From an uncultured archaeon (lineage in GTDB: Archaea; Asgardarchaeota; Lokiarchaeia; Sigyniarchaeales; SOKP01): 61,280 nucleotides of DNA. The notes beneath the pieces are model-generated. The model was not told the origin of the DNA and ran no database searches. It saw only the letters and a program-made list of their open reading frames with translations. The translations under genes and the position numbers were made by a program. This document shows positions 50,041 through 60,404 of this stretch, piece by piece. Numbering within the stretch: position 1 is the first letter of the stretch; each line of letters starts with the position of its first letter. The stretch lies in contig CAZOYD010000014.1 in NCBI GenBank assembly GCA_964583985.1, positions 1 to 61,280 on the forward strand. The letters run 5' to 3'.

Positions 50041-51693
50041 TCACATTTCTGGATCGTTATACACCAAGAGATCCTTCAGTTGGGACATCATGTTATTCGT
50101 CAACCGCTTCAGTTCATCGACATCTGGGACTTCTTTCCCCCAATATTTTTGGTGTTCCATGAAAGGAGGACCTGCTTTTAAGACAGAACCTCTATAGAAG
50201 TTCAGCATCTTAGCGTGTTTTGGATAGGTATTTTCGGTTCCTGTGATAGCAACTAAAATAATAGGTACTTGTTTCTCAATCGCTAAGCGCATTGCTCCAG
50301 TATGACCCTCAAGGAGTTCTCCATTCCCAGGATTTGTGGTACCTTCGGGATACACGCACACCAAATGACCTTGATCCAAGAGATATTTAGCATAATTAAA
50401 GGAATCTACATCATGCATTCCCCTCTTGAGTGGAAAAGCGTGATGGTTGCGAATCCAAGCATTTACTATCGGAAATTTGAACAACGTCTGTTTAGACATT
50501 TGATATATTATCCTTCGTGGCTTATTATGGATAATACTCGTTGCTAATAAAATGACATCCCATTCAGAATTATGAGTTGCACAAAGTACTGCTGGTCCTT
50601 CTTTTGGAATGTATTTCTCAAAGTCAATAACTTTGTAAGGTATCATTAATTGTGACCAGTTATGAACTATTTCGCCTGAAATTGTGTAGACAAATTTTTG
50701 AAAGGGTTCGCGTAGATGAAATTCTTCTAAAGCTCTTAAAGAACCGTACCATATATCATCAAGCGTCCACAAAAATCCCATCCCGAAGTCTTTAAAGAAT
50801 CGCTTTATATTGAAAGATGATTCCTTTTCTTTTTCAATTGGTTTTTCAGCTAATTCTTCTGCTGTTTTGCCATATGTTCCTTCATGAAGTTCAGATATAA
50901 CCGCGCGTAATTCATTTGTAAGACGTTTTATATCTTCATAGGACATCTTATTAATGTCATATTTATCATAATATAAGGGATCTCCAACTCTTACTTTAAC
51001 TTGAGTTGGCTTCATTAATAATTGACCCTTTGCAAGTGCGTGTTCTGACCCTAAAACAGCCATCGGAACGATAGGAACTCCCGTTTCTATAGCTAATCTA
51101 ACGGCACCAGTTTTAAATTCTCCTAATTTACCCTCTTTGGAACGAGTGCCTTCTGGGAATATGCCAACCCATTCACCACCATTAATTATTTCCTTAGCTT
51201 GCATCCATCCAAACGCAGGATTCTCTCTATCTAATTTAAACGCCCCGAGATTTGTAAAGAGTGTTTTGACAATGGGTGTCTTAAAATTTTCTAATTTGCT
51301 CATGTAGCGAATACGTCTGTGGCAAGCAGCACCGAGGAAAAAAGGATCAAGGTGAGAAAGATGATTAGAAACTACAATGCCTGGACCATATTCAGGAAAC
51401 ATGTTTTTGTTTGGATATTCTGCTTTAAAATTCCATAAAAGCCGGCAGACAAGTTTCACGTAAAAATAAGCGGCCCACCATTGTAATCTACCCTCTTCTT
51501 TTTCAAAATCAATAGCCTTTATGAATTCCCGGTATTTATCGTTTATAGGATCAATGGGGTTAAGTTTTGTCAATTTATAAAGAAATGTCTCATGCCCCTT
51601 TTCATATTCGAGGTCGGTTTTCATTTTCTCTTCTAAAAGCTTCTCGTGATCGATTTCCTCGTAAGCATCATAATTTCTTTTTTCTAAATCCAT
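50041..51693 (-). CDS. Acyltransferase with two tandem PlsC/LPLAT domains
   Basis: Domain 1 NHLSHLD...FPEGTRS; domain 2 THNSEWD...YPEGT. Confidence 0.9.
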   Translation of the reverse strand: MDLEKRNYDAYEEIDHEKLLEEKMKTDLEYEKGHETFLYKLTKLNPIDPINDKYREFIKAIDFEKEEGRLQWWAAYFYVKLVCRLLWNFKAEYPNKNMFPEYGPGIVVSNHLSHLDPFFLGAACHRRIRYMSKLENFKTPIVKTLFTNLGAFKLDRENPAFGWMQAKEIINGGEWVGIFPEGTRSKEGKLGEFKTGAVRLAIETGVPIVPMAVLGSEHALAKGQLLMKPTQVKVRVGDPLYYDKYDINKMSYEDIKRLTNELRAVISELHEGTYGKTAEELAEKPIEKEKESSFNIKRFFKDFGMGFLWTLDDIWYGSLRALEEFHLREPFQKFVYTISGEIVHNWSQLMIPYKVIDFEKYIPKEGPAVLCATHNSEWDVILLATSIIHNKPRRIIYQMSKQTLFKFPIVNAWIRNHHAFPLKRGMHDVDSFNYAKYLLDQGHLVCVYPEGTTNPGNGELLEGHTGAMRLAIEKQVPIILVAITGTENTYPKHAKMLNFYRGSVLKAGPPFMEHQKYWGKEVPDVDELKRLTNNMMSQLKDLLVYNDPEM

Positions 51694-51923
51694 ATTTATG
51701 CACGTTTCTTTTCTAATTATTAAAAAAAGCCTAAATAATTAATAAAATCGTAATTTAACGGTTAAATTGCTTTACTAAAATATCCTTTTATATAAAAAGA
51801 TATTGATCAAATTAATACTTATGTAAGTATGATAAACAAGTCAACTTAAGGACTAAGAAGGGTCTAATTGCTAAAATATTCAAAATTCAGAGTGAGATGA
51901 ATTTGTAATATATTAATTTTGAA

Positions 51924-52658
51924 CTATTTCTTCTCTATAATTTTCATTAATTCAGAAAGAGAATCGATGACGAGTGAGGCACCTTGCTCAGTTAATACGT
52001 CTTTCTTACTTATGCCGGTTGTTATTGCGATTGTCCAGACACCTGCTTCTACTCCTGCGACGATATCTGATGGCATGTCTCCAATCATAACAAAGTCTTT
52101 TACTTTGCTTGACTTATAGTTATCAAATACTGGTTTTAATGAGCTTGGATCGGGTTTTAATGCTGGTAGTATATCTGCTCCATAAACACCTTTAAAAACG
52201 TTCATTAAATTATGCTTTTCTAAATGTTCTATAACGTTTTTAGTCTGATTATGAGAAACAATATAGAGATCGTGTGATTTGCTCAGCTTTTTAAGTATTT
52301 TATCCGCATCTGGAAATATTGGTGCTTCTTTTGCAAGAGTGAGATATCGAGAAAATATTTTTGCAGCAATTTCTATTTTTTTCATGAATGTGAGAGATTT
52401 TAACGAGCTGATGTATCTAAACATATCGTAAGATTGGAGGACTATTTTAGGCAAGGGGTATCCTTGTATTGTTTCCATTAGCGCTCCAATTTCTTGAATT
52501 GTTGTTTCCATATCCGAGGTCACTTTATACTCCTTGAAAACTTCTTCAATTGAGTTTTTAAGGGGTTCGGCAATATCTAAAAGGGTTCCATCAAAATCAA
52601 AAATTAGACCACGAATGGATCCATTTTGAAGATTTTGAATCAATTGTTCTGAATACAT
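51924..52658 (-). CDS. HAD-IA family phosphatase (phosphoglycolate phosphatase-like)
   Basis: FDFDGTL, KPDP, IGDMPSD. Confidence 0.9.
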   Translation of the reverse strand: MYSEQLIQNLQNGSIRGLIFDFDGTLLDIAEPLKNSIEEVFKEYKVTSDMETTIQEIGALMETIQGYPLPKIVLQSYDMFRYISSLKSLTFMKKIEIAAKIFSRYLTLAKEAPIFPDADKILKKLSKSHDLYIVSHNQTKNVIEHLEKHNLMNVFKGVYGADILPALKPDPSSLKPVFDNYKSSKVKDFVMIGDMPSDIVAGVEAGVWTIAITTGISKKDVLTEQGASLVIDSLSELMKIIEKK

Positions 52659-52823
52659 GAGATTTTAATATTAGTGATTATAGATTTATTTTAAGTTAAA
52701 TACTATATAAAAAGATAATCATACTAAAGAACATATTAATTAAATAATCTTCTCGATAAATTAAAATTCAATTTCTCATTTTTCACTACATATTTAGTTT
52801 TTTGATTATAGGCTATGAATTAA

Positions 52824-54241
52824 ATGATTGGGAATCAAATTGTAAAATACAATAAGATTCTCTGGCCGATATACTTCCTAAATGGTTTTCAAAGTATTTT
52901 ATGGGGAGACATTACTTTTCTAATAGTTCCAATCTCTAGAATCATGTGGCCAAGTGATCCTACTCATGCTTTGGAGATGGGGATAATTATTACAACGTTA
53001 TCCTGGTCAGCTTCAATTTCAGGATTGCTATTTGGTCACTATATCGATCGGTATTCTAGAAAAAACATTCTCATTCTACTATCTATTTTCAGGGGAATTT
53101 CAGCTTTAATGCTTGGATTCGGAAAAGAAGGAGGAGGCTCTATGACTTGGATATACTTCTTAATATTTGTAGCTATTTTTGGAGCATTTGGAGGGCTTAG
53201 TTGGCCTACTGTCATCTCGTTAACTAACGACATCGTTCCTAAAGCGAATCGCTCTCGTTTTTTTGGGATTTATGAACTCGTAAGATCTCTAACTATGACC
53301 TTTGGTTTTCTTATAGGGGCTTTATTTGTACAAACAGGATTTTGAGATTATTCTTTTGGAGTGCGGGTATAGGAATACTAGTATTTGGATTCATTTTGGT
53401 CCGGCACATCAATGAACCAAAAAGAGGGGCTCAACAAGAAGAATTAACTCACATCCTCCAAGAAGACATTCCCTATGAATTCAGGATCACTCGCGAAATG
53501 ATGAAAAAATCAATGTTGAGTAAGACTAACATTGTTGCTTTAGTAGAAGGGATTTTTACGTGGATACTTATGGGGTCTATTAATTTTTTAATTCTCAATC
53601 TAATACAAAATGAGCCCCATAATATTTCAGAATTCTCAACAAGCATCTTTATAGTCTGTTTTGGTCTAACAGGAGGTATTGTGGGACAATTGGGTTTAGC
53701 TCGATTGAGTGATAGATTTGCAAGAAAGCACGTGAAAGCGCGAGTTTACATGATAATTATTGCCATATCCGGAGGTATTATCAGTTTTGCTCTCTTCTTT
53801 TTTATCCCGTGGCCTCATTTATCTGTTGAACAAGGAAGAGATGTGGGATTCTTGATGACTTTACCAATTATATGGCTCATGGGATCATTGTTTTTTTTCT
53901 CGCGGTCGATATTTTCCTTGTATATAGTGAACCAATCTCCCATTTTACAGCAGATAAACTTACCCGAAGCACAAGGTCAGATTGTTTCATGGAATCAATT
54001 TTTAGAAAATTTAGGACGTGGCATAGGACCTTCTTTAAGTGGAATCCTCCTTGTAGTGTCTAATTACAATTATCAGTTTACAATTTTAATCTTAACCTTA
54101 TGTATTCTTCCTGGAATCATTTTATGGTCATTAGCTTTAAGATGGCTTATTTCAGATACTAATCAAATAAAGAATATTCTTAAAAAGCGAGCAGATGGTT
54201 TACAAGATGCTCAAGATCATAAAGAAGATACAAAAAGATAA
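52824..54241 (+). pseudogene. MFS transporter split by a single-base frameshift (ORFs 52824..53345 and 53342..54241); pseudogene or sequence error
   Basis: The halves overlap by 4 nt; GGA TTT TGA GAT TA plus one G gives GGA TTT TGG AGA TTA = G-F-W-R-L, restoring a full 12-TM MFS paralogous to 24747..26195 (shared EPKRG). Confidence 0.8.
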
Positions 54242-54419
54242 TTCAATTATGAAATAGGAAGAAATGATGCGTGTATATTATTATTTGAATTAATCGGAAA
54301 TTATGAGAATTAATAAAATAACATTTAGAATAATAAAAATTTAAATTGATTATCTAATATATTAATGCTACCACATTTGAATTGCAGATCAAATTAATGA
54401 AACCATTCCGGTCTTTATT

Positions 54420-54959
54420 ATGAATGAATACAGATATAAATTATGTATTTTTGGTGATGGAGGAGTCGGGAAGACTACTCTAATTCAAAGATATTTGGAG
54501 GGAATGTTCAAAGCTACTTTTCGGCAGACCGTCGGGATGGATTTTTATCTCAAAAAATTAGAGATTGATGGTAAAAAAATAGCTTTGCAAGTATGGGACT
54601 TTGGAGGGGAAGAAAAATTCCGTTTTTTATTGCCTGGTGCTGTATCTGGAGCAAATGGGTGTATTTTTTTGTATGATATTACACGATATTTAACGTTTAA
54701 AAATTTAGATAACTGGCTCCAAGTCTTTAATGAATCGATTAATGAACTAAGTCAAAAAGTCTCTACCATGATAGTAGGAAGTAAATTAGATTTAGCGGAG
54801 ACAAGAGCTATTGCTCAAGTAGATGCTAAAAACTTTTCGAAAGCGAATGGCTTTCAATACATAGAATGTTCATCAAAAAGCGGGGAAAACGTGGAAAACG
54901 TGTTTCTTACTATTGCAAGGTTGATGATGAAAAACACTACTTATTTGAAGGATCAATAA
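54420..54959 (+). CDS. Rab-like small GTPase
   Basis: GDGGVGKTT, TVGMDF, WDFGGEEKF, GSKLD, CSSK. Confidence 0.92.
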   Translation: MNEYRYKLCIFGDGGVGKTTLIQRYLEGMFKATFRQTVGMDFYLKKLEIDGKKIALQVWDFGGEEKFRFLLPGAVSGANGCIFLYDITRYLTFKNLDNWLQVFNESINELSQKVSTMIVGSKLDLAETRAIAQVDAKNFSKANGFQYIECSSKSGENVENVFLTIARLMMKNTTYLKDQ

Positions 54960-55089
54960 AATAAGGTATAACTATGACCTAAAAATTTCAGTTATTTACG
55001 AAAGTACAAACTTTAATATTTTTAGATATTAGATAAACCAATGAATTATTATTGTTCTCTTTATATCTCACTTTTTCGAGTTTAAGATC

Positions 55090-56700
55090 ATGAAATTAAT
55101 GCATGAATTAGGAATTCCAGTTCCATCTAAACGGTCATTAGTCGTGAGGAATACCAAAGAAGTTACCCTGAAACAAAGAGAAATTGCATTAAAAGAAACA
55201 GAATATAGTATGTTTTCATTTCCAGCAGATATGCTGGTTTTAGATTTTCTTTCCGATAGTGGAACAACTGCGATGACGGATTTGCAATGGGGGGCTTTAT
55301 TTCACGGAGATGAGTCATATGGAAGAAATAAAGGATATTATGTTTTGTTAGATGCAATTAGAGACATATTTGAAAGGGGGGATCATCCTAAGAAAGCAAT
55401 CCAACTAATTCTCTCAGGAGAAACGGATGTACAAAAACTAATGGATCAATTATATCTTGTCTCTTATAGCGGAGGTTTTGTAAATGGTGGCATCCATCAA
55501 TTAGAACGTCCCAATGCATTTATTGTCCCTCAAGGACGATGTGCGGAATATTTATTATTCTCAACGATCGCGCAACTTAAACGAGAACTAAATATTAGCG
55601 AATCTTGGTACGTCCCTAATAATGGACATTTTGACACAACTGAAGCAAATATTGCTGCAAACGGCATGCATCCTGTTAACCTATTTTCTGCAAATTTATT
55701 TGAAGATTTTAATCATCAGGAGATGGATAAGAGTAATCCTTTTAAAGGAAATATGGAAATTGAGCAATTAGAACAATTTATTGAAGAGAGAGGAGCAGAT
55801 AATATTCCAATTATTTATCTCACGATAACAAATAATACTGCTGCTGGGCAACCCGTATCAATGAAGAATATAAAAGCAGTTCAAAAGATTGCTAAAACAC
55901 ATAATATTCCACTATTCTTTGATGCTTGTAGATTTGCAGAAAATTCGATCTTTATTAAAGATTTTGAGGAAGGATACAAAAATAAATCAATTCCTGAAAT
56001 TGTAAAAGAAATGTTTTCTTATGCAGATGGATTTACCATTAGTTTTAAGAAAGATGGATTAGCAAATATAGGTGGCGGATTATTCTTTAGAGATAAAGGA
56101 ATATTTCATCAAAAATTCTCGCTGAATGGAGATATTGGAATTAGATTAAAAGAAAAACAAATTTTAACTTTTGGCAATGACAGCTATGGAGGATTATCTG
56201 GTAGAGATATTATTGCTTTAGCTGTAGGATTGTATGAAATAGTTAGAGAATCCTATTTGAATGAAAGAATTCGTCAAGTTAGAGATTTTGCCCGAAAATT
56301 GGCTATTAATGGTGTACCTGTAATCTTACCAGCAGGAGGACATGCTGTATATATAAATATGGATAAATTTTTTGAAAATACAAATATGAAAGTTGAAGAT
56401 TTCGGTGGAGTTGGTTTTACAATTGAATTAGTGAGACATTACGGCATAAGAGGAGCAGAACTAGGACCTTTTGCTTTTGAATGGGACAACAAAACTGAAG
56501 AAGAAAGAAAGGGGATTTTACATTTAGTACGCTTTGCCGTTCCTCGAAATGTCTATGATTCTTCCCATATCGATTATGCAGTTGCTGCTATAACAGAACT
56601 TTACAAAAATAAGCTTAAAATCCCCAAAGTAAGAATTTCTCGAGGAGCAAAGTTAAGATTACGACACTTTCAATCTGGACTCCAACCTATATATAAGTAA
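55090..56700 (+). CDS. Tryptophanase/tyrosine phenol-lyase family PLP beta-eliminating lyase
   Basis: DFLSDSGT, GDESYG, QGRCAE, HFDTT, TNNTAAGQPVS, DACRFAEN, SFKKDG, YGGLSGRD, LRHF. Confidence 0.9.
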   Translation: MKLMHELGIPVPSKRSLVVRNTKEVTLKQREIALKETEYSMFSFPADMLVLDFLSDSGTTAMTDLQWGALFHGDESYGRNKGYYVLLDAIRDIFERGDHPKKAIQLILSGETDVQKLMDQLYLVSYSGGFVNGGIHQLERPNAFIVPQGRCAEYLLFSTIAQLKRELNISESWYVPNNGHFDTTEANIAANGMHPVNLFSANLFEDFNHQEMDKSNPFKGNMEIEQLEQFIEERGADNIPIIYLTITNNTAAGQPVSMKNIKAVQKIAKTHNIPLFFDACRFAENSIFIKDFEEGYKNKSIPEIVKEMFSYADGFTISFKKDGLANIGGGLFFRDKGIFHQKFSLNGDIGIRLKEKQILTFGNDSYGGLSGRDIIALAVGLYEIVRESYLNERIRQVRDFARKLAINGVPVILPAGGHAVYINMDKFFENTNMKVEDFGGVGFTIELVRHYGIRGAELGPFAFEWDNKTEEERKGILHLVRFAVPRNVYDSSHIDYAVAAITELYKNKLKIPKVRISRGAKLRLRHFQSGLQPIYK

Positions 56701-56816
56701 TTTTTAAAATCGGATATTTTTTCATCTTTACCAGTTGATTTTGGCTTTAGAAATAATAGCAAATTTTAGTTTAGTAAGCATTCCACCCATGTCAAAATCA
56801 ATCCCTAAAAAAAGAA

Positions 56817-57035
56817 ATGGAAGTGAGCTCAGTAGTATATGTGGTCAAAAGAACTAAACCCGATATCGAATGGACAAAAAAAGCACGTACTAAATTATTC
56901 AGTGTTTCAAGAATCTTTTTGAAAGAAGCTTTTAAAAGATGTGTCGAAATTACAAGGGAACATAGTGGTGCAACAATAACTTATGAATTCTTGGATAGGA
57001 TACGAAATAAAGTGAATGAAGAAAAACAAAAATGA
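56817..57035 (+). CDS. Small protein with PCP_red-like helical domain (possibly a gene remnant)
   Basis: IEWTKKARTKLFSVSRIFLKEAFKRCVEITREHSGATITYEFL follows the W-T...L..V..F.....IT pattern. Confidence 0.45.
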   Translation: MEVSSVVYVVKRTKPDIEWTKKARTKLFSVSRIFLKEAFKRCVEITREHSGATITYEFLDRIRNKVNEEKQK

Positions 57036-57113
57036 AGCATTTTGAACTTGCCAATCATGTATCTAACTATATCTATAGCACTTTCAGGTAGAAATTTAAG
57101 CATTAATTTTATT

Positions 57114-57455
57114 TTAAATTTCCAAGTGCCTTAATTGGCTTGACACACTTTTCCTTCTCAAAATCTTCATAAAATCATTCTCGCTTTGCCTTAGACGACT
57201 TAGAAAGCTATCTAACTTATCGAAATTATTAAACCAATGCTCTTCACCATTCACTATGATCTTCACTCCTTTTTGTTCCGCGTTAATTATGGCATAAATT
57301 CCTCCTATTTCTGAATCATGTTTTATGAAGATTTTGTCATTTTCATGTGAATCACTTTTTTCATTTCCTTTCTTAGCCCAGAATTGATTTTTAAGAAGGT
57401 AACTTCTATACATGCTCATCTTTTCACACACACCTCTTTTTTTAAAAATATTCAC
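57114..57455 (-). CDS. Hypothetical protein (probable start at internal Met after GAGGTG)
   Basis: ORF track; SD-like GAGGTG precedes MSMYR. Confidence 0.5.
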   Translation of the reverse strand: MNIFKKRGVCEKMSMYRSYLLKNQFWAKKGNEKSDSHENDKIFIKHDSEIGGIYAIINAEQKGVKIIVNGEEHWFNNFDKLDSFLSRLRQSENDFMKILRRKSVSSQLRHLEI

Positions 57456-57779
57456 GAGTTATCGTGATATATACAAAAACAACCCATGAAATAGTATCCA
57501 AGTATTATAAGCTATGAATGTTTTATAGAACCGTGTGTTATCGGGAATATACCCACGTATTATCTAATTTTTAATTCTTAAACTCAAATATGACCTATAT
57601 ACTTTGATACTCTATAATCAACAAAACAATCATTTGGTATTTAAGTAACAAAGTAAAATCCTCAGCACTATTTGCCTAATGCAAATTTCTTGGGGGCTGC
57701 TAAAAAAAATTTCGATTGGAAATGTGTGTTATAATAACGACTAACTGATGAAATACGTTTACTTTTTAGTCACAATAAA

Positions 57780-58109
57780 TTGGTTAAAATAAGGAAAAAA
57801 ATTAATGAGTTGGTGACAAGCATGATGATAACAGAAAATCAATTTTATATATCGCTTTTTGATGATTATAAGAAAAATTATGATGATCCGGAGAAAAAAA
57901 TCATGTGGAAGCTAAATTCAATCATTCAATTGATGAATATGACTGTCGATTATGAAAGTGATTTCTGTGAAAATGCTCTCCGAATGATACTAGTGTTATT
58001 TAATGAAATTGAGTTTGAATCATGGGAACTAGAGTTAGATAACTCCATGGATCTTTCTGAGAATGATAAAAATTCATTCGTTCAAATTCTATTCGATGAA
58101 GTATGTTAA
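57780..58109 (+). CDS. Hypothetical acidic protein
   Basis: ORF fills the gap, convergent with the PUA gene. Confidence 0.55.
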   Translation: MVKIRKKINELVTSMMITENQFYISLFDDYKKNYDDPEKKIMWKLNSIIQLMNMTVDYESDFCENALRMILVLFNEIEFESWELELDNSMDLSENDKNSFVQILFDEVC

Positions 58110-58127
58110 ATTTGAGTAGATAAAAGT

Positions 58128-58652
58128 TTATTTAAATTCTTTCGCAAATTTCCAAATATAATCGCTTTTATTCATGGTATGGAGATTCTTGATTACTTTT
58201 CCAGATTTTAAAGCTTCCATTTCTTTTCCATTATATAATGTTTTACCTACGACAAGAGGCCTGTCATGAGTCTCATCAACGACCTGAATTATTTCACCTT
58301 TTTGTATCATTGGATCTATTTTTATTATTCCTGGTCTCATGATATCCGCACCACTCAATGTTATATATTTAATTGCTCCCATATCGACGACTACTTTTCT
58401 TAATTCGATCTTTTTATCAATTAATTGAGTGAGAACCGGGATAAAACCATGCTCCTGGGATTTCCATATTTTTAGTTCGTTGTTAATCGCATACAAAATA
58501 TCGCCGTGTTCAGTGAGAATCACTTCAATGCGCGATTTTGGTGGAAATAAACTATCCACGAATTTCTGATCATAATGTTCTAAAATCTCATTCTTCAGCT
58601 CTTTAATTTCTGAGGATTTTATAAAATGACGCTGTCTTATATTCATGCTCAT
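58128..58652 (-). CDS. PUA-domain RNA-binding protein (DUF1947+PUA; MCT-1/Tma20-like)
   Basis: RHFIKSSEIK, VVVDMGAIKY...GADIMRPGI, GKVIKNLH. Confidence 0.9.
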   Translation of the reverse strand: MSMNIRQRHFIKSSEIKELKNEILEHYDQKFVDSLFPPKSRIEVILTEHGDILYAINNELKIWKSQEHGFIPVLTQLIDKKIELRKVVVDMGAIKYITLSGADIMRPGIIKIDPMIQKGEIIQVVDETHDRPLVVGKTLYNGKEMEALKSGKVIKNLHTMNKSDYIWKFAKEFK

Positions 58653-58916
58653 TATGAAAAAACAATTAATTGAATAAAAGGTTTACACATGCTTTCTATA
58701 AGAACATTTTTATGAGAATTATTGAGAATTATCACACATTTCATTTTAAACTATTATAAGGTCTTTGAGTAATTTTTTCTGATAAATTGAAATTATGGAA
58801 TAATATATAAGAAAACGAGTTGCTTATAAATTATAAATAGGGTGTCTTGTAAAAATAAAACAATTCATTTAAAAAATGGTAATCTATAATATAAATAATC
58901 GATTTCAAAATAAATA

Positions 58917-59486
58917 TTGATCAAAATGAGTAAAGATTCAAGTGATATTGTTTTTCAAGGTCGGACTGAAGCAATATACAAGGTTATTGTAATTGGGGAT
59001 CCCGCTGTGGGCAAAACCAGCCTTCTCACTAAATTTGCAAAGAATAAATTCGAGGAACGATATGTTGCAACCGTCGGGGTTAATATTGTTAAGGAACCTA
59101 TATCTTTGGAAGCAGAGGGTGCCACAGTGAACCTGATGTTCTGGGATATTGCTGGTCAACCTCAATTCTATATGCTACACCGCCCTTATTTCAATGGAGC
59201 TGATGGAATGATTTTGGTATTTGATGTGACACGTTCAAGCACATTTAGCAACATTAACAATTGGTATAATACAGCAGTCAAGTATGGTTTGAGTCATATT
59301 CCCCGATTACTAATAGGGAACAAAGTTGATTTAAAAGACGATCGAAAGATAATTTTACCAATGGCAGAGCATTTAAGTGAAAAGCTTGATGCTCCGTATT
59401 TTGAAACATCTGCGTTAACAGGTGAAAGAGTTAAGGTAGTATTTGAAAAAATAGCGCATTTGGTTTATGAATCAAAATCAAAGTAA
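58917..59486 (+). CDS. Rab-like small GTPase
   Basis: GDPAVGKTS, TVG, WDIAGQ, GNKVD, ETSA. Confidence 0.93.
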   Translation: MIKMSKDSSDIVFQGRTEAIYKVIVIGDPAVGKTSLLTKFAKNKFEERYVATVGVNIVKEPISLEAEGATVNLMFWDIAGQPQFYMLHRPYFNGADGMILVFDVTRSSTFSNINNWYNTAVKYGLSHIPRLLIGNKVDLKDDRKIILPMAEHLSEKLDAPYFETSALTGERVKVVFEKIAHLVYESKSK

Positions 59487-59520
59487 GTTTCTATTTAACT
59501 ATTTTTTTAACTAAAAATCT

Positions 59521-60159
59521 CTAGTGCTTCAATTCTAATTTGTTCATCCAAAAAGTGATTTTTTCACGTAGATATTCCTTTAAGTCTAATGAATCAGGGT
59601 TTTTCGTCTCAAGATTTTCTGATAATGATTCAAGAGTGGCCAATCGATTATTTATTTGGGAAATCTCATATAATATTCGATGCCCTCCTGTATATTCAAA
59701 AATTTGTTCTTTAATCGTTTCAAGAGCATTGATAACATCTTTGGGGCTATCCAAGTCCGATATTTCAGCTTGTAATTGTAATAAATTCGACTGAATTGAC
59801 GTTTTCATGTCCGTGGCGTCTTTTTTCCTTTCAATTTTTTGAACCTCAAGACGTTCTTTTTTAATTGCACTATTTGCACTAGTTATCAGCGTTTTGAGCA
59901 ATTCAATTTCGTCTGTTAAAGTTTTTTGACCTTGAATTATCCCCGAAAATTGTGGGGATAAGCTTTTCACATGCAGAGTAGCAGAATGTAATTCTTCAAT
60001 CTTATCGGTCAATTTATTTAACTTCAAATTTGTTTGGCCTAATTTGGTTATGAGATCCAGACCAAATTTTTCTAATATCGAGGAGAAGAGCGTAATTTTC
60101 TCATTTAACTCTTTATACATTTCTTGCATGGAAAGCTCTTTCGTGTTATTTTCATCCAT
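59521..60159 (-). CDS. Hypothetical coiled-coil/helical protein
   Basis: 212-aa helical ORF with heptad pattern. Confidence 0.65.
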   Translation of the reverse strand: MDENNTKELSMQEMYKELNEKITLFSSILEKFGLDLITKLGQTNLKLNKLTDKIEELHSATLHVKSLSPQFSGIIQGQKTLTDEIELLKTLITSANSAIKKERLEVQKIERKKDATDMKTSIQSNLLQLQAEISDLDSPKDVINALETIKEQIFEYTGGHRILYEISQINNRLATLESLSENLETKNPDSLDLKEYLREKITFWMNKLELKH

Positions 60160-60404
60160 AATTACAAGTTGTCCCTCTTGATTAATAAATGAATTAATGA
60201 TGTGAGTTGCATGTTAAAAAGATCAATTTTTTATTATTCTTCTTTATTTATTAATATAGAATTTAAATTTAAATTCCTTTATCTTAGGAATGCAATTTAA
60301 TTTTATACAAGATAGACATTTTGTGTAATCCTTTATGTCTCAATCCAGCATGAAACCATTCCAGACTTAGTTTATATTCAAATTAAGCTAACAATTTGAT
60401 TACG

